A stretch of DNA of 64,000 bases from Eledone cirrhosa (Eukaryota). The stretch covers positions 1,674,001-1,738,000 of the forward strand of contig OZ024750.1 of NCBI GenBank assembly GCA_964016885.1, read 5' to 3'. Positions 40,565-52,700 of this stretch are shown in pieces. Position 1 is the stretch's first letter. Every line of letters starts with the position of its first letter. The notes below the pieces were generated by a model that saw nothing but the letters and a program-made list of their open reading frames with translations, was not told the DNA's origin and made no database searches. Both the position numbers and the translations under genes were made by a program.

Positions 40565-40724
40565 CTACAGAGACAAATAAAAGAGTGACTTATTATGCGA
40601 ACTAATCTCACCTCTATTAAAATATTCCAACTGGTCTTGTTTTTCTGAGGTTAGCAAGTTTTAAAAACATAATTAAACAAACTAGACTTTGATATAAATA
40701 TTATGGTAATACAAACAATTAATT

Positions 40725-42326
40725 CTAGACTAGTACTAGATAAGGAAGACACTAGACTAGCACTAGATATGGAAGTACTAGATAAGGAAGACACTAGACT
40801 AGTACTAGATATGGAAGACACTAGACTAGTACTAGATATGGAAGACACTAGACTAGCACTAGATAAGGAAGACACTAGACTAGCACTAGATATGGAAGAC
40901 ACTAGACTAGCACTAGATATGGAAGACACTAGACTAGCACTAGATATGGAAGACACTAGACTAGTACTAGATAAGGAAGACACTAGACTAGCACTAGATA
41001 TGGAAGTACTAGATAAGGAAGACACTAGACTAGTACTAGATAAGGAAGACACTAGACTAGCACTAGATAAGGAAGACACTAGACTAGCACTAGATAAGGA
41101 AGACACTAGACTAGCACTAGATATGGAAGACACTAGACTAGCACTAGATATGGAAGACACTAGACTAGCACTAGATATGGAACACACTAGACTAGCACTA
41201 GATATGGAAGACACTAGACTAGCACTAGATAAGGAAGACACTAGACTAGCACTAGATAAGGAAGACACTAGACTAGCACTAGATATGGAAGACACTAGAC
41301 TAGCACTAGATATGGAAGACACTAGACTAGCACCAGATATGGAAGACACTAGACTAGTACTAGATATGGAAGACACTAGACTAGCACTAGATAAGGAAGA
41401 CACTAGACTAGCACTAGATAAGGAAGACACTAGACTAGCACTAGATATGGAAGACACTAGACTAGCACTAGATATGGAAGACACTAGACTAGCACTAGAT
41501 ATGGAAGACACTAAACTAGCACTAGCTATGGAAGACACTAGACTAGTACTAGATATGGAAGACACTTGACTAGCACTAGATATGGAAGACACTAGACTAG
41601 CACTAGATAAGGAAGACACTAGACTAGCACTAGATATGGAAGACACTAGACTAGCACTAGATATGGAAGACACTAGACTAGCACTAGATATGGAAGACAC
41701 TAGACTAGCACTAGCTATGGAAGACACTAGACTAGTACTAGATATGGAAGACACTAGACTAGCACTAGATATGGAAGACACTAGACTAGCACTAGATAAG
41801 GAAGACACTAGACTAGCACTAGATATGGAAGACACTAGACTAGCACTAGATATGGAAGACACTAGACTAGCACTAGATATGGAAGACACTAGACTAGCAC
41901 TAGATATGGAAGACACTAGACTAGCACTAGATATGGAAGACACTAGACTAACACTAGATATGGAAGACACTAGACTAGCACTAGATATGGAAGACACTAG
42001 ACTAACACTAGATATGGAAGACACTAGACTAGCACTAGATAAGGAAGACACTAGACTAGCACTAGATAAGGAAGACACTAGACTAGCACTAGATATGGAA
42101 GACACTAGACTAGCACTAGATATGGAAGACACTAGACTAGCACTAGATAAGGAAGACACTAGACTAGCACTAGATATGGAAGACACTAGACTAGTACTAG
42201 ATAAGGAAGACACTAGACTAGCACTAGATATGGAAGACACTAGACTAGTACTAGATATGGAAGACACTAGACTAGCACTAGATAAGGAAGACACTAGACT
42301 AGCACTAGATATGGAAGATACTAGCA
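40725..42326. repeat. 27-bp CTAG-rich minisatellite, about 59 copies
   Basis: Unit ctagactagcactagat(a)(t/a)ggaagaca; explains the Ser-rich and MEDTRLALD ORFs. Confidence 0.98.
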
Positions 42327-42450
42327 ATTCATTTTGTCGACGCATGAAGGATGAAAAGTAAAATTAACCTTGGTGTGATTTGAACTCAGAATTTAAAGGT
42401 AACTAGACGCCGTAAAACACCTGCCCCGTCGCTCAAACGATTCCAACACA
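42320..42450 (-). mobile_element. Decayed SINE 5' portion abutting the 27-bp minisatellite
   Basis: ttttgtcgacgcatgaaggatgaaaagtaaaattaaccttggtgtgatttgaactcag. Confidence 0.8.
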
Positions 42451-42893
42451 GTGTTTGTTGTTTTTTTATATTATATACATAAACAATTGAAGAATATTTT
42501 ATGAGAGAGCTTCCTTTGGTTTCATCGACTCCAATTGTGGAGTGGTATTCCGTATATTGACCCGGAAACAAGGTTAACTTCAATGACATTTGAAATACCT
42601 AAAATGACGTAACAAGATATCATAAGGTACTTCCGTAAGGAAAATTGATTGAATTGATACCTGTAGATCATGTGTGAACATTTGGCTGTATGTTATTATG
42701 TTATAAGCCTCGGGCTTAAAACTCAGGATTTGCACTTGCTGAATTTCAAGTAGACACCATAAATTATTTAAAGTAATCATCTATTGTTGTCCTATTGTTC
42801 TCTACACAATACTGGTCATTCCATCTAGCTAAATATATTGAGGTCGTCACTTTATAAAAACACTCACACATACACACTCACGCATATGTATAT

Positions 42894-42973
<80 letters not shown>

Positions 42974-43031
42974 TGTGTGTGGGGGGGTATGTTAATAAAC
43001 ATATTCATAATTCTCCCTGCCCCTTACCATT

Positions 43032-43246
43032 ATGCCAGTAATCGGTAGAGCGTCAGACACCACGCTTTGCAACATAGAGTTATGGCCCTTTACATTCTGA
43101 GTTCAAATCCCGCCGAGGTTAGCTTTGCCTTTCATTCTTACGGGTTCGATAAAATAGAGTACCAGTAATTCACTGGGGTCGATTTAATCGACTTTTCCCT
43201 CTTCTTCAAATTGCTGGTCTTGTGCCAAAGGTATAAACAATTATTA
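43032..43246 (+). mobile_element. SINE, long subfamily
   Basis: gagttcaaatcccgccgagg...cactggggtcgatttaatcgacttttccct...ttgtgccaaagg. Confidence 0.92.
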
Positions 43247-43310
43247 TATACATAAAGATATACACACACCGAACCCTCCCCATATATATATACATATACA
43301 TATATATACA

Positions 43311-43372
<62 letters not shown>

Positions 43373-43651
43373 AGTGTGTATGTGGAGAAATAGAGAAAGA
43401 ATGAGAGACTGCGAGTGTAAGATATGTTTTGTCATTTACCCGTTAATCTAAGTTTATGGCTAATCACTAAGTAACATATACAGGAGATGGGAGAGTCAGG
43501 TATGACGTCATTCCATAGCTTTATCGACTGAGAACCCGGAACAGCAATTTATCCGAGTATTTACGAGAAGAAATCAACAGCGCTTTTGTTGTTTGCTTTT
43601 TTTTTGTTATCGTAGTTCAGTAATAGACCAGATTTTTGCGTAGTTCATATA

Positions 43652-43752
43652 CAGGGTCTCCCCAAAACATGTATACACACTTTGATTACCTGTACAGACA
43701 ATATTTATTAGAATGCTGTTGAAGTGTGTATCCATTTTTTTGTGGCACCCTA
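43652..43752. mobile_element. Tc1/mariner-type MITE, second copy
   Basis: TA-cagggtctcccc...ggcacccta-TA; internal tttgattacctgtacag...gctgttgaagtgtgtat shared with 32441. Confidence 0.85.
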
Positions 43753-44235
43753 TATATATTTGTGTGTGTATATATGTGTATATATGTGTTGTGTATATAT
43801 GTATGTGTCTATCAGTTTATGTTTTTCTATAAGTGCGACTGCGCTAGAATATATGATTCTATACATATGTAAATATAAAATATAGTTCGAGCCTTTCATA
43901 TTTCAATCTCCTTAAATATATCAGTCTGTGAACTATTAATGCTACATAGTTGTACCTTATTTCTTCTGACGATAACAATGAAAGAAATTTCTCCTATTTC
44001 TAACATTGGAATAAAGCCAATATCTTTAAAATTGTAATACGAAGGGACGTCATGAAATACAAGAGATGTTATTAATATCGATTGTAATATTTTACCAATA
44101 CCTGACAAAGACTGACCCTCGTGATGGTTTCAGATCAGAAATTAAAGTAACGATATTAAATATTTCAGGGCATTATGTTCGACAAATGAGCATTTCTGAA
44201 ATTCCACTGCAATATGCATTATAATGGGGTGAACT

Positions 44236-44307
<72 letters not shown>

Positions 44308-45951
44308 TACCCACTCTCTGCTTCTTTCCATGCTTTGGGTACTCCCATAATTTGTGGTCTTTCAGAGAGAGAGAACGATCGAGAGAGAGAGAGAGAGAGA
44401 TTTACATATACATATACATATATCTATGTGTCACACTACACTTAACTCACTTCGTTCCACCACCTACCAGTACCACTCTTCTTAATTAAACCACAGCTCA
44501 CGCCACATTTAGACAAACAATCTATCACGGTTCTTCACCCTCAAAATCCACACCTCATTTTCTAGACAACTCATTCAACTAATAACTTCCTCACCAACTT
44601 CCTGTCTCATTCGATTAACTTATTCAATTATTTCTATATTACAACTGGTTCTTTCGTACACTGTCACACACATTTTCTCGAAACTTTAGATGTTTCACTC
44701 CTCAAGACTATCGTTTACTAAAGTGTACTAAACATCTTCACTTCGTTTATATCTTCAATCTCTCTAATATAGTTAATGGTTATTTTATATTCTAAAACTG
44801 AAATGGAAAATCACTTCATCTATCTGATGTCAAGATGTTCACCGTATCTGTGACAGTAAATGTGCGCCGTAAAAATATTATTTCTATTATTATACCCGTC
44901 TAGGTATTTAGCGCGACAAGACACATGATTATAAATGAAGGCCTATCTATATGATCGATATACGTAGAGTAAATCGATCAATATAACAAATGTTAACCTG
45001 TTTCGTAAATATGAATAGATCGGCTGATTATGTTTTAAGACTAAGTCTAAGAAAAAATACACCGGCATTTGAAAGTCTTTTATGTGTTCTGTGTTCAATA
45101 AAGGTTTGCGAAATATCAAGCCTCGTACTTTATTCTTTTTTTTTGTTATTTATCTTTATTGGCATCATAATTAAGTTAATTTGTGCTATCCTTCTAGTTG
45201 ATTCCTCTATAATTGTGTTTATGACTAGACTGATTGATTAAGTTTAAGAGTTTTTCGGGCAATGACATAAGAAATGAAATGTATTAACAAACAAATTGTA
45301 TTAACATCAGTTGTTCAATGACATATATTTACATCCTGTATGATTATCCAAATGAAGAAGACTATAATCTTTTATCTTTTTTGCCATCATATATATATAT
45401 TTCATATTTACAATACTTTCTCTTCGTCGTCTTTTACAACGGTTAATTTTTTTATATTCAAAAACCAATTTAAATAAAATCAAATTTTATAAAATTACAT
45501 TATTTTAAGCATCATATATTTTACTTTAATTTGTATTTGTGGAGAAATGCAAATTAAGATTGTTTTGAAAAATCAACGTGTATTGCTACTTTGGATCAAG
45601 GGCTGGGATTTTAAGTGCTGGCACTCTACTTCAATTAGTTTGTTCGGATATTACTTGGAGATGTATCCCCCGCTCGGGAAGCATAAAAGTATTCAAATGA
45701 GCCTAAACGTTTCACATCAAATCCATCAAAACAAAAGGAGCTAAGGCCTTAATGACAACCAAATATTTGTATATTAACTTTAAAAAAGACGAAACTAATC
45801 TGATTCTACTAATCATCTGAACTCATCTGAGGGTCTCCCGTGTACAGAATAACCATGTTTTAACTAAAACTACAAAGCAAGGAGATGGCAGATAAAGACA
45901 ACTCTCTCAAGCAAAGAATAATCGATTTTTAACTATTATTACTGTTGTTGT

Positions 45952-46083
45952 TCTGAGTTCAAATCCCACCGAGGTTAACTTTGCCTTTCATCCTTACGGG
46001 GTCGATAAATAAAGCAATAAAGCACCAGTAATGCACTGGAGTAATTGCTGGTATTGTGCCAAAATAGAAACATTATTATTATT
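45952..46083 (+). mobile_element. 5'-truncated SINE starting at the B box
   Basis: tctgagttcaaatcccaccgagg...tagaaacattattatt. Confidence 0.92.
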
Positions 46084-47055
46084 GTTGCTATTATTGTTGA
46101 TGTTGTTTTTATTGTAGTTCTGGTTGCTGTTATTGTTGTAGCTGTTCTTATCATTAATAACAGTTCTATCCGCCTGAATATCTGGCCTTATGCCTATATA
46201 AGATTAATCCGGCCGTTTTACAGTACTTTAACTTGTTGATATCTGAGCTATTCCGCCCCAGGAACATCTTCATTCCTCTTATCAAGTATCAATGTGCGTA
46301 GGAAGTAGATTTTATTTAAGGTGAGTAATAGTGGCTGACGTAGGAGAGCCGTTTCACCTCTCGGTTTTACGTTGAACTTGGAGCAAGGAGTGGACATTTA
46401 GCTAGACAAAAGGATGGTCGGCATTTTCTATTAGTATTATATAGGTATTTTTGAATACATGAAATCACATTTGTTTTTCTTTACCCATTCATTATATATG
46501 GGTGTGCAACCAGGAAATAATTACATTCTACAAGTAATAGAGTTTATTTATTCTTATTGAAACCGAAAAACCTAGAATGTGACTCACAAGTGCATCTGTA
46601 TGCGTGTGCGTATTTCTGTGTGTGCGTGTATGTATGTGTATTTGTGTGTGTGTGTGTGTTTCTATGTGCGTGTATGTATGTGTATTTGTGTGTATATGTG
46701 AGTGTGTTCAACTAGACATCAGTTAAAAGGTAATATAATCTAAACCTACATCTTAGGAAGCCAGTTGCAGCCATCCACAAACACTCTATTATATGTTATT
46801 CTATAAATAAATCAATAAATAGATAAATATATAAAAAAATAAATTTATGTGAAACGGAATTTTAGTTTCACAAACAATATTGGAGATTCACAACAACAGG
46901 GAATATTTCTGACCACTTTTAGAGTGCAAAGAACTAAACTAATCACTACAACTAAATTGTCGAAAGTTGCACCCCCCCCCACACACACACACACACTCCC
47001 AATTCAGAAATGCATCCACCGCCCTGTATATATATACATATATATATATACATAT

Positions 47056-47276
47056 AACGAAGGAAGTGTGGTAAGGAACCAGGTGGACCATAACGCACCA
47101 GAGTACTCGATACTTTGGATAGTAGAGTGGGTAATAGGAAAAAAGTCCGAACCCCGACAGCAGAGCTCAAGCCGTTTCGACAGCTATTTCTGGACTATTT
47201 CTGGATTATTTCTGTGTCCAGAAATAGCTGTCGAAACGGCTTGAGCTCTACCGTCGGGGTTCTGACTTTTTTTCTA
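47056..47276 (-). mobile_element. TA-embedded fold-back element, family B (most complete copy)
   Basis: About 80-nt tail plus 61-bp arms (47135-47195/47216-47276, 4 mismatches); arm reads GTC-GAAACGGC-ttgagctct-(g/a)CCGTC-GGGG. Confidence 0.85.
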
Positions 47277-47335
47277 CATATATATATATATTCGCGTGTG
47301 TGTGTGTGTAGGAGCCTGTGGGTATGTATAAATGC

Positions 47336-47379
<44 letters not shown>

Positions 47380-48566
47380 ATGTGTAGTCGAACAATGTAT
47401 ATATATATAAATATAACAATTTCAGCGAAACCCAGCATAGTAGTATATTCTAGAAGACCTTTAATCCGGGCACTATAGACAACCTACTGAAATTCCTGGC
47501 CGAGTAGGGCCACCTCTGATGTTGCCAGACACGGAAATATCATTAGTTGAGCCTCTAAGATATGTGCATATTGTGACGAAACGTATATGAAACACATTCA
47601 TTCAGCGTCTAAAACTTTCTGACTTGTGGCACTATGTTAAATGTATATGCCATCCTGAATATCAGATAGGTGGAGTGTGTAGACGAATGTCTATAGTTAG
47701 GAAGGAATTCGTTTTCGTTTGCTATTTCTTTTCTCTTTTTTTCTGTGGCATGTCAGACATGATTATAGAATGAGGAAGAAAGTACAATAGAAGATTATAA
47801 CATTGCATAATGATAAAAATAATAGATACTTAAGGAATAGGATTGCAAGTGAAAGCTTGGTTTCTGAGATGCACAGGTGGTCAGCATCATTTTACTGAAA
47901 CATTATCAACAAATTCACATCCAAAACGTACAAAAAAACCCAAAAGAACTATCAACAAACAAACAAGCAAACACACAAGCAAACAAACAGTAATAACAAC
48001 TCCAGATGAGAACAACAGTGATAAAAATCAGGAGCAATCATGTCAGATACAACTAAACAGCTGCTATACACCATTTGCTCCTGTGGCGTTTTGTAAAAGC
48101 AATGGTATCAAATATTTCCGATAGCAATTCTTCATTTCTTCTCCTCAAGGAGAGATGCAAGTTATTTTATTTTATTTTATTTTATATCATGCATCTTCTG
48201 AACAACAATTGTTGATTATCGCTTTCCAGCAGAACAACAAACACTGGTTCACTGCATTTCTGATGGCGAGATTGAAAAAAGAAAAACGTTTCGTTATTTT
48301 TACACGAGTGTAATAAGTACAGCAATGTATTTTCGTTCAATGCCCCACATTGGCGACAACACACACACACACACATCTTCCTGAGATTCGCCAACACTGT
48401 ACCTGATATCCACTCTCCATACACACACGCACATGTATTTCATGACTCGTATACTGTTCATTTCCCTGACATTTGAACATTATTCTATGTACTATACATG
48501 CACCTTTCATGAGTTGTAGTGCACCTGTACAATGTACACAATAATTTCATTCATTATTATTATTAT

Positions 48567-48613
<47 letters not shown>

Positions 48614-48661
48614 TGTTTAATATAGCAATGGCTTTTACAGGACTATATGCAGAGCAGAGTG

Positions 48662-48884
48662 TATATAATATGAACAAAATGGAGGTGTTACATCTGAGAT
48701 TTATTGCTCAATCCTGGTTACAAATGTTTTTCAAGCAGCCGGCTGATGATCTGCGAGGCGTCCCTGACTAGACTCCAGCTCTGCTTGATCCTCAGACCAG
48801 TGTCAACACAGCAAAAATCACATTTGTAACTGGGTTAAGCAATCAATCTCCTATGTAACACCTCCAATTTGTTCTTATTATATA
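48662..48884. mobile_element. Unclassified MITE with about 70-bp imperfect TIRs in TA context
   Basis: tataatatgaacaaaatggaggtgttacat...ggttacaaatgt versus acatttgtaact...atgtaacacctccaatttgttcttattata. Confidence 0.8.
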
Positions 48885-48900
48885 TATATATAATATATAT

Positions 48901-49006
48901 AAATCCTGCCGAGGTTGACTTTGCCTTTCATCCTTACGGGGTCGATAAAATAAAGTACCAGTAATGCACTGGATAATTTCTGGCCTTGTGCCAAAAGTAG
49001 AAACAA

Positions 49007-49010
<4 letters not shown>
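48901..49010 (+). mobile_element. 5'-truncated SINE, short subfamily
   Basis: aaatcctgccgaggttgactttgcc...tagaaacaattat. Confidence 0.93.
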
Positions 49011-49044
<34 letters not shown>

Positions 49045-49246
49045 TTGTGCGTGTATAAACACACACATATGCAGACAATATCTCATACAAGGTTTCAGTG
49101 AGATGAAATTTTTAACAGTTAGGCTATAGGAGGTCGCCACCATTATAGTTTTAAAATCATCATTTAGGTCCAAACTGCTATTCGTATTTGTCACTAAGCC
49201 AACATAAAAAAGGACATTATACGTTCATAGTAGACATGCTTTGATA

Positions 49247-49365
49247 AATAATTGTTTCTACTTTAGGCACAAGGCCAGCAATTATCCAGTGCATTACTGG
49301 TACTTTATTTTATCGACCCCGTAAGGATGAAAGGCAAAGTTAACCTCGGCGGGATTTGAACTCAG
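49247..49365 (-). mobile_element. 5'-truncated SINE with 15-bp TSD
   Basis: gctttgataaataat at 49238-49252 and 49365-49379. Confidence 0.95.
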
Positions 49366-49911
49366 CTTTGATAAATAATGCGATAATCTATGGCATTTAT
49401 CTGCTTGGATCCATTACGCTCATAGTTTTACATTCACGAAATATCACATTTTATATCGGGGTGGGGGATTATGAGTCACCGTAACTCCGATGAATAGAGT
49501 GACTTAGTGCACGATTACACTGTACGTATTTCTCATTAACGTCAACAGATTATACACCCCACCCACCCACCCCCCACACACACATATATATATATATACA
49601 CATATATATGAGTGTGTGTGTGCGTGCGTGTGTAGTATGTATGTATACAGAAGCATACACCAAACTCAGTCACATAAACATGCATACCTATATATGTAAA
49701 TCTTGACATAGGCTTAAGATATCTGACATAGAGTAAGTCACCTGTCATCTCAAACTGCCACCCCCTTCACTGTGGGACCCAATTATTTCTAATGTAATTT
49801 CAACAGATTTTCCCCTGTCTTCTGTCTTCTCTTAATGGCACGAGTGACTGCCATGTATAAAATGAGAAACTTTTCTATTTTTTTTTTAACATTATCAAAA
49901 CCACAACTGAA

Positions 49912-50143
49912 GGCCGTGGTTTGGCGCAGTCGTTAGTCGGTTGGTCAAAGTTCATTATAGCATTTAGTTACAGCTCTTTAAGTCCTGAGTTCAAATGCCG
50001 CCTATGTCAGCTTTGTCTTTCATTCTTCCGGAATCGATGAAATAAAGTATCTGTAAAGTACCTGTGAATTATAGAAGTCGATTTAGTCAACTTTTTCCTC
50101 CACCCCTAAATTTCTGACCTTCTCCTTATTCTAGTAACAGTTA
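49912..50143 (+). mobile_element. Decayed SINE, long subfamily
   Basis: ggccgtggtttggcgcagtcg...gagttcaaatgcc...gtcgatttagtcaac. Confidence 0.82.
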
Positions 50144-50952
50144 TCAAGAAAACAACTGTACATTAGTTTCATTATTTTATTAAGGACGTTTTCATACTCT
50201 CATTTTCTTTTCGGTTTTCTTAGTTACTGAACTTAAAATAACAGTGTGTGCATGCTTTTTCTTTCTGTATATCCATGTTTATGTGTGTGTCTGTGTGTGT
50301 CTGTGTGCCTCTGTGTGTCTGTGTGTGTCTGTGTGTGTCTGTGTGTCTCTGTGTGTCTCTGTGTGTCTGTGTGCGTCTGTGTGCCTGTGTCAGCATGTGT
50401 GTTTATGAATTTTCCCAGTTTGCTTGATTTAATTGTGTATTTGCATTTAACATTAGCGTGTGTTCGTTTCTAGGGAGAAATAGTTTTATAAGGTCAGTAA
50501 ACCTCCATTCGACGACCCCCCACCCTTATCATACCAACTAATAACACAATCTATCCCAGTGTGCTACTATTTCTGGATCATTAATACTAACACCTGCACC
50601 ACAACCACCACATCTAACACTGACAGCTACCCACTGATGTATGTAAATAATAAGGCAAAGACGCTTACACTGGATAAACGTAGCTTTAACAGTAATCTCT
50701 TGATTATTCAATATGATAATGGCAGTAGTTATATTTGGCAGCCAGCATATATTTTTTTCATAGGAGCAGCATGGGCTAACAGAGGGATTAGCTTCACATA
50801 GCATTTGCTGCGATATATAACACCATTAGTCATGTCTCTTGATCTCCGTAGAAAGCCTCCTGTGTTCCTACATTGCAGTAAATACGAGATACTGCAGCGA
50901 AACTAAACAATAACAATAACATCCACAATTACAGTACAACACTAAAAATAAC

Positions 50953-51545
50953 TATTTCTACTTTTGGCACAAGGCCATCAATTACCCCAGTGTATTACTG
51001 GTACTTTATTTTATCGACCCCGTAAGGATAAAAGGCAAAGTTAACCTCGGTGGGATTTGAACTCGGACCATAAAGGGCCGTAACTCTTTACTGTAAAGCA
51101 TGGCGTCCGACCCTCTACCGATACTGCCAACCCACCGCCCTAGCATGGCGCCCGACCCTCTACCGATACTGCCAACCCACCGCCCTAGCATGGCGCCCGA
51201 CCCTCTACCGATACTGCCAATCCACCGCCCTAGCATGGCGCCCGACCCTCTACCGATACTGCCAACCCACCGCCCTAGCATGGCGCCCGACCCTCTACCG
51301 ATACTGCCAACCCACCGCCCTAGCATGGCGCCCGACCCTCTACCGATACTGCCAACCCACCGCCCTAGCATGGCGCCCGACCCTCTACCGATACTGCCAA
51401 TCCACCGCCCTAGCATGGCGCCCGACCCTCTACCGATACTGCCAACCCACCGCCCTAGCATGGCGCCCGACCCTCTACCGATACTGCCAACCCACCGCCC
51501 TAGCATGGCGTCCGACCCTCTACCTATACTGCCAATCCACCGCCC
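50953..51545 (-). mobile_element. SINE with 10 tandem copies of its 45-bp 5' head, bounded by an 18-bp TSD
   Basis: Units agcatggcgcccgaccctctaccgatactgccaacccaccgccct from 51097 to 51545; tacaacactaaaaataac at 50935-50952 and 51550-51567. Confidence 0.96.
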
Positions 51546-51639
51546 ATTATACAACACTAAAAATAACAACGACACACATCAACACAGATTAAGACTTTCA
51601 GTTTAACATTTACACACACACTTATACACACACACACTC

Positions 51640-51981
<342 letters not shown>

Positions 51982-52049
51982 GGCAATGCTCTCACAGTTT
52001 CAACAAACAACAATCAGACGATAATTCGGGGAAGTTTTGAGATTTTGTT

Positions 52050-52700
52050 AAAAAAATTGACAAAATGTTAGATCTTCCTGGAAATGAACACGACACGAAT
52101 TCAAAGACACAGCCTTTGGTGAACTGATAGTTCTACTAAAAGGAAAACAACACCAACAACTTATTTGATTCAGTAATATGACATGAAACGATAGTTTACC
52201 ACACTTGGGAATCAACATAACTGAGTGCATTGGATGCAGTTCAGCTTCGAATTGTTACAGTTTGTTAAAAAATAAGAATTTCTCAGAGATACTCTTCTTG
52301 AGAGGGAAGTTACTCTATTCATATACCAGTGTGGATTTAGACAAAGTCTGACAAATCTATTTACCAAATTAAGTGGAGAATGATAGGTGTGAAGATACAT
52401 ATGAAAACCGGTATCAATAGAGACCATAGCAGACCTGCCAACCTCTAAAAACCCAAACAGGGAGTACCATGAAAAAGGTGCTCCCAAAATGGGGAGAAAT
52501 GTAGCAAAATAGGGAGAGTTTACATAGTGAAAGCTATACCTATTTTCAAAAGAGAAAACAACTCTCACCCACCCCAAAGTGGGTGGGCGATCTTCCCGTC
52601 GGACGGGGAGAGTTGACAGGTCTGCCATAGAAACTGTTCGACTATTTGGCAACGAGGAGTAGACGAATGTTTTAGCAACCTTCTTTTCCGCTAAAATGTT
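52050..52700 (+). pseudogene. Decayed RTE-like LINE RT relic, interrupted by a MITE
   Basis: LIVLLKGK, YQCGFRQSLTNLF and GVDECF resemble IVPIYKGKG, QFGFRPGRSTTDAIF and GVDEWLV. Confidence 0.45.
52430..52624. mobile_element. 195-bp MITE, hAT-like TIR, 6-bp TSD ccatag
   Basis: cagacctgccaac...gttgacaggtctg; ccatag at 52424-52429 and 52625-52630. Confidence 0.9.

Noticed and set aside
40651-42361. 564-aa Ser-rich ORF and MEDTRLALD-repeat ORFs
   Set aside because: Products of the 27-bp minisatellite; the putative start lies in a SINE relic and one frame has an internal stop.
51006-51606. Gly/Pro-rich repeat ORFs (GRWVGSIGRGSGAML)
   Set aside because: Translation of the amplified SINE head.
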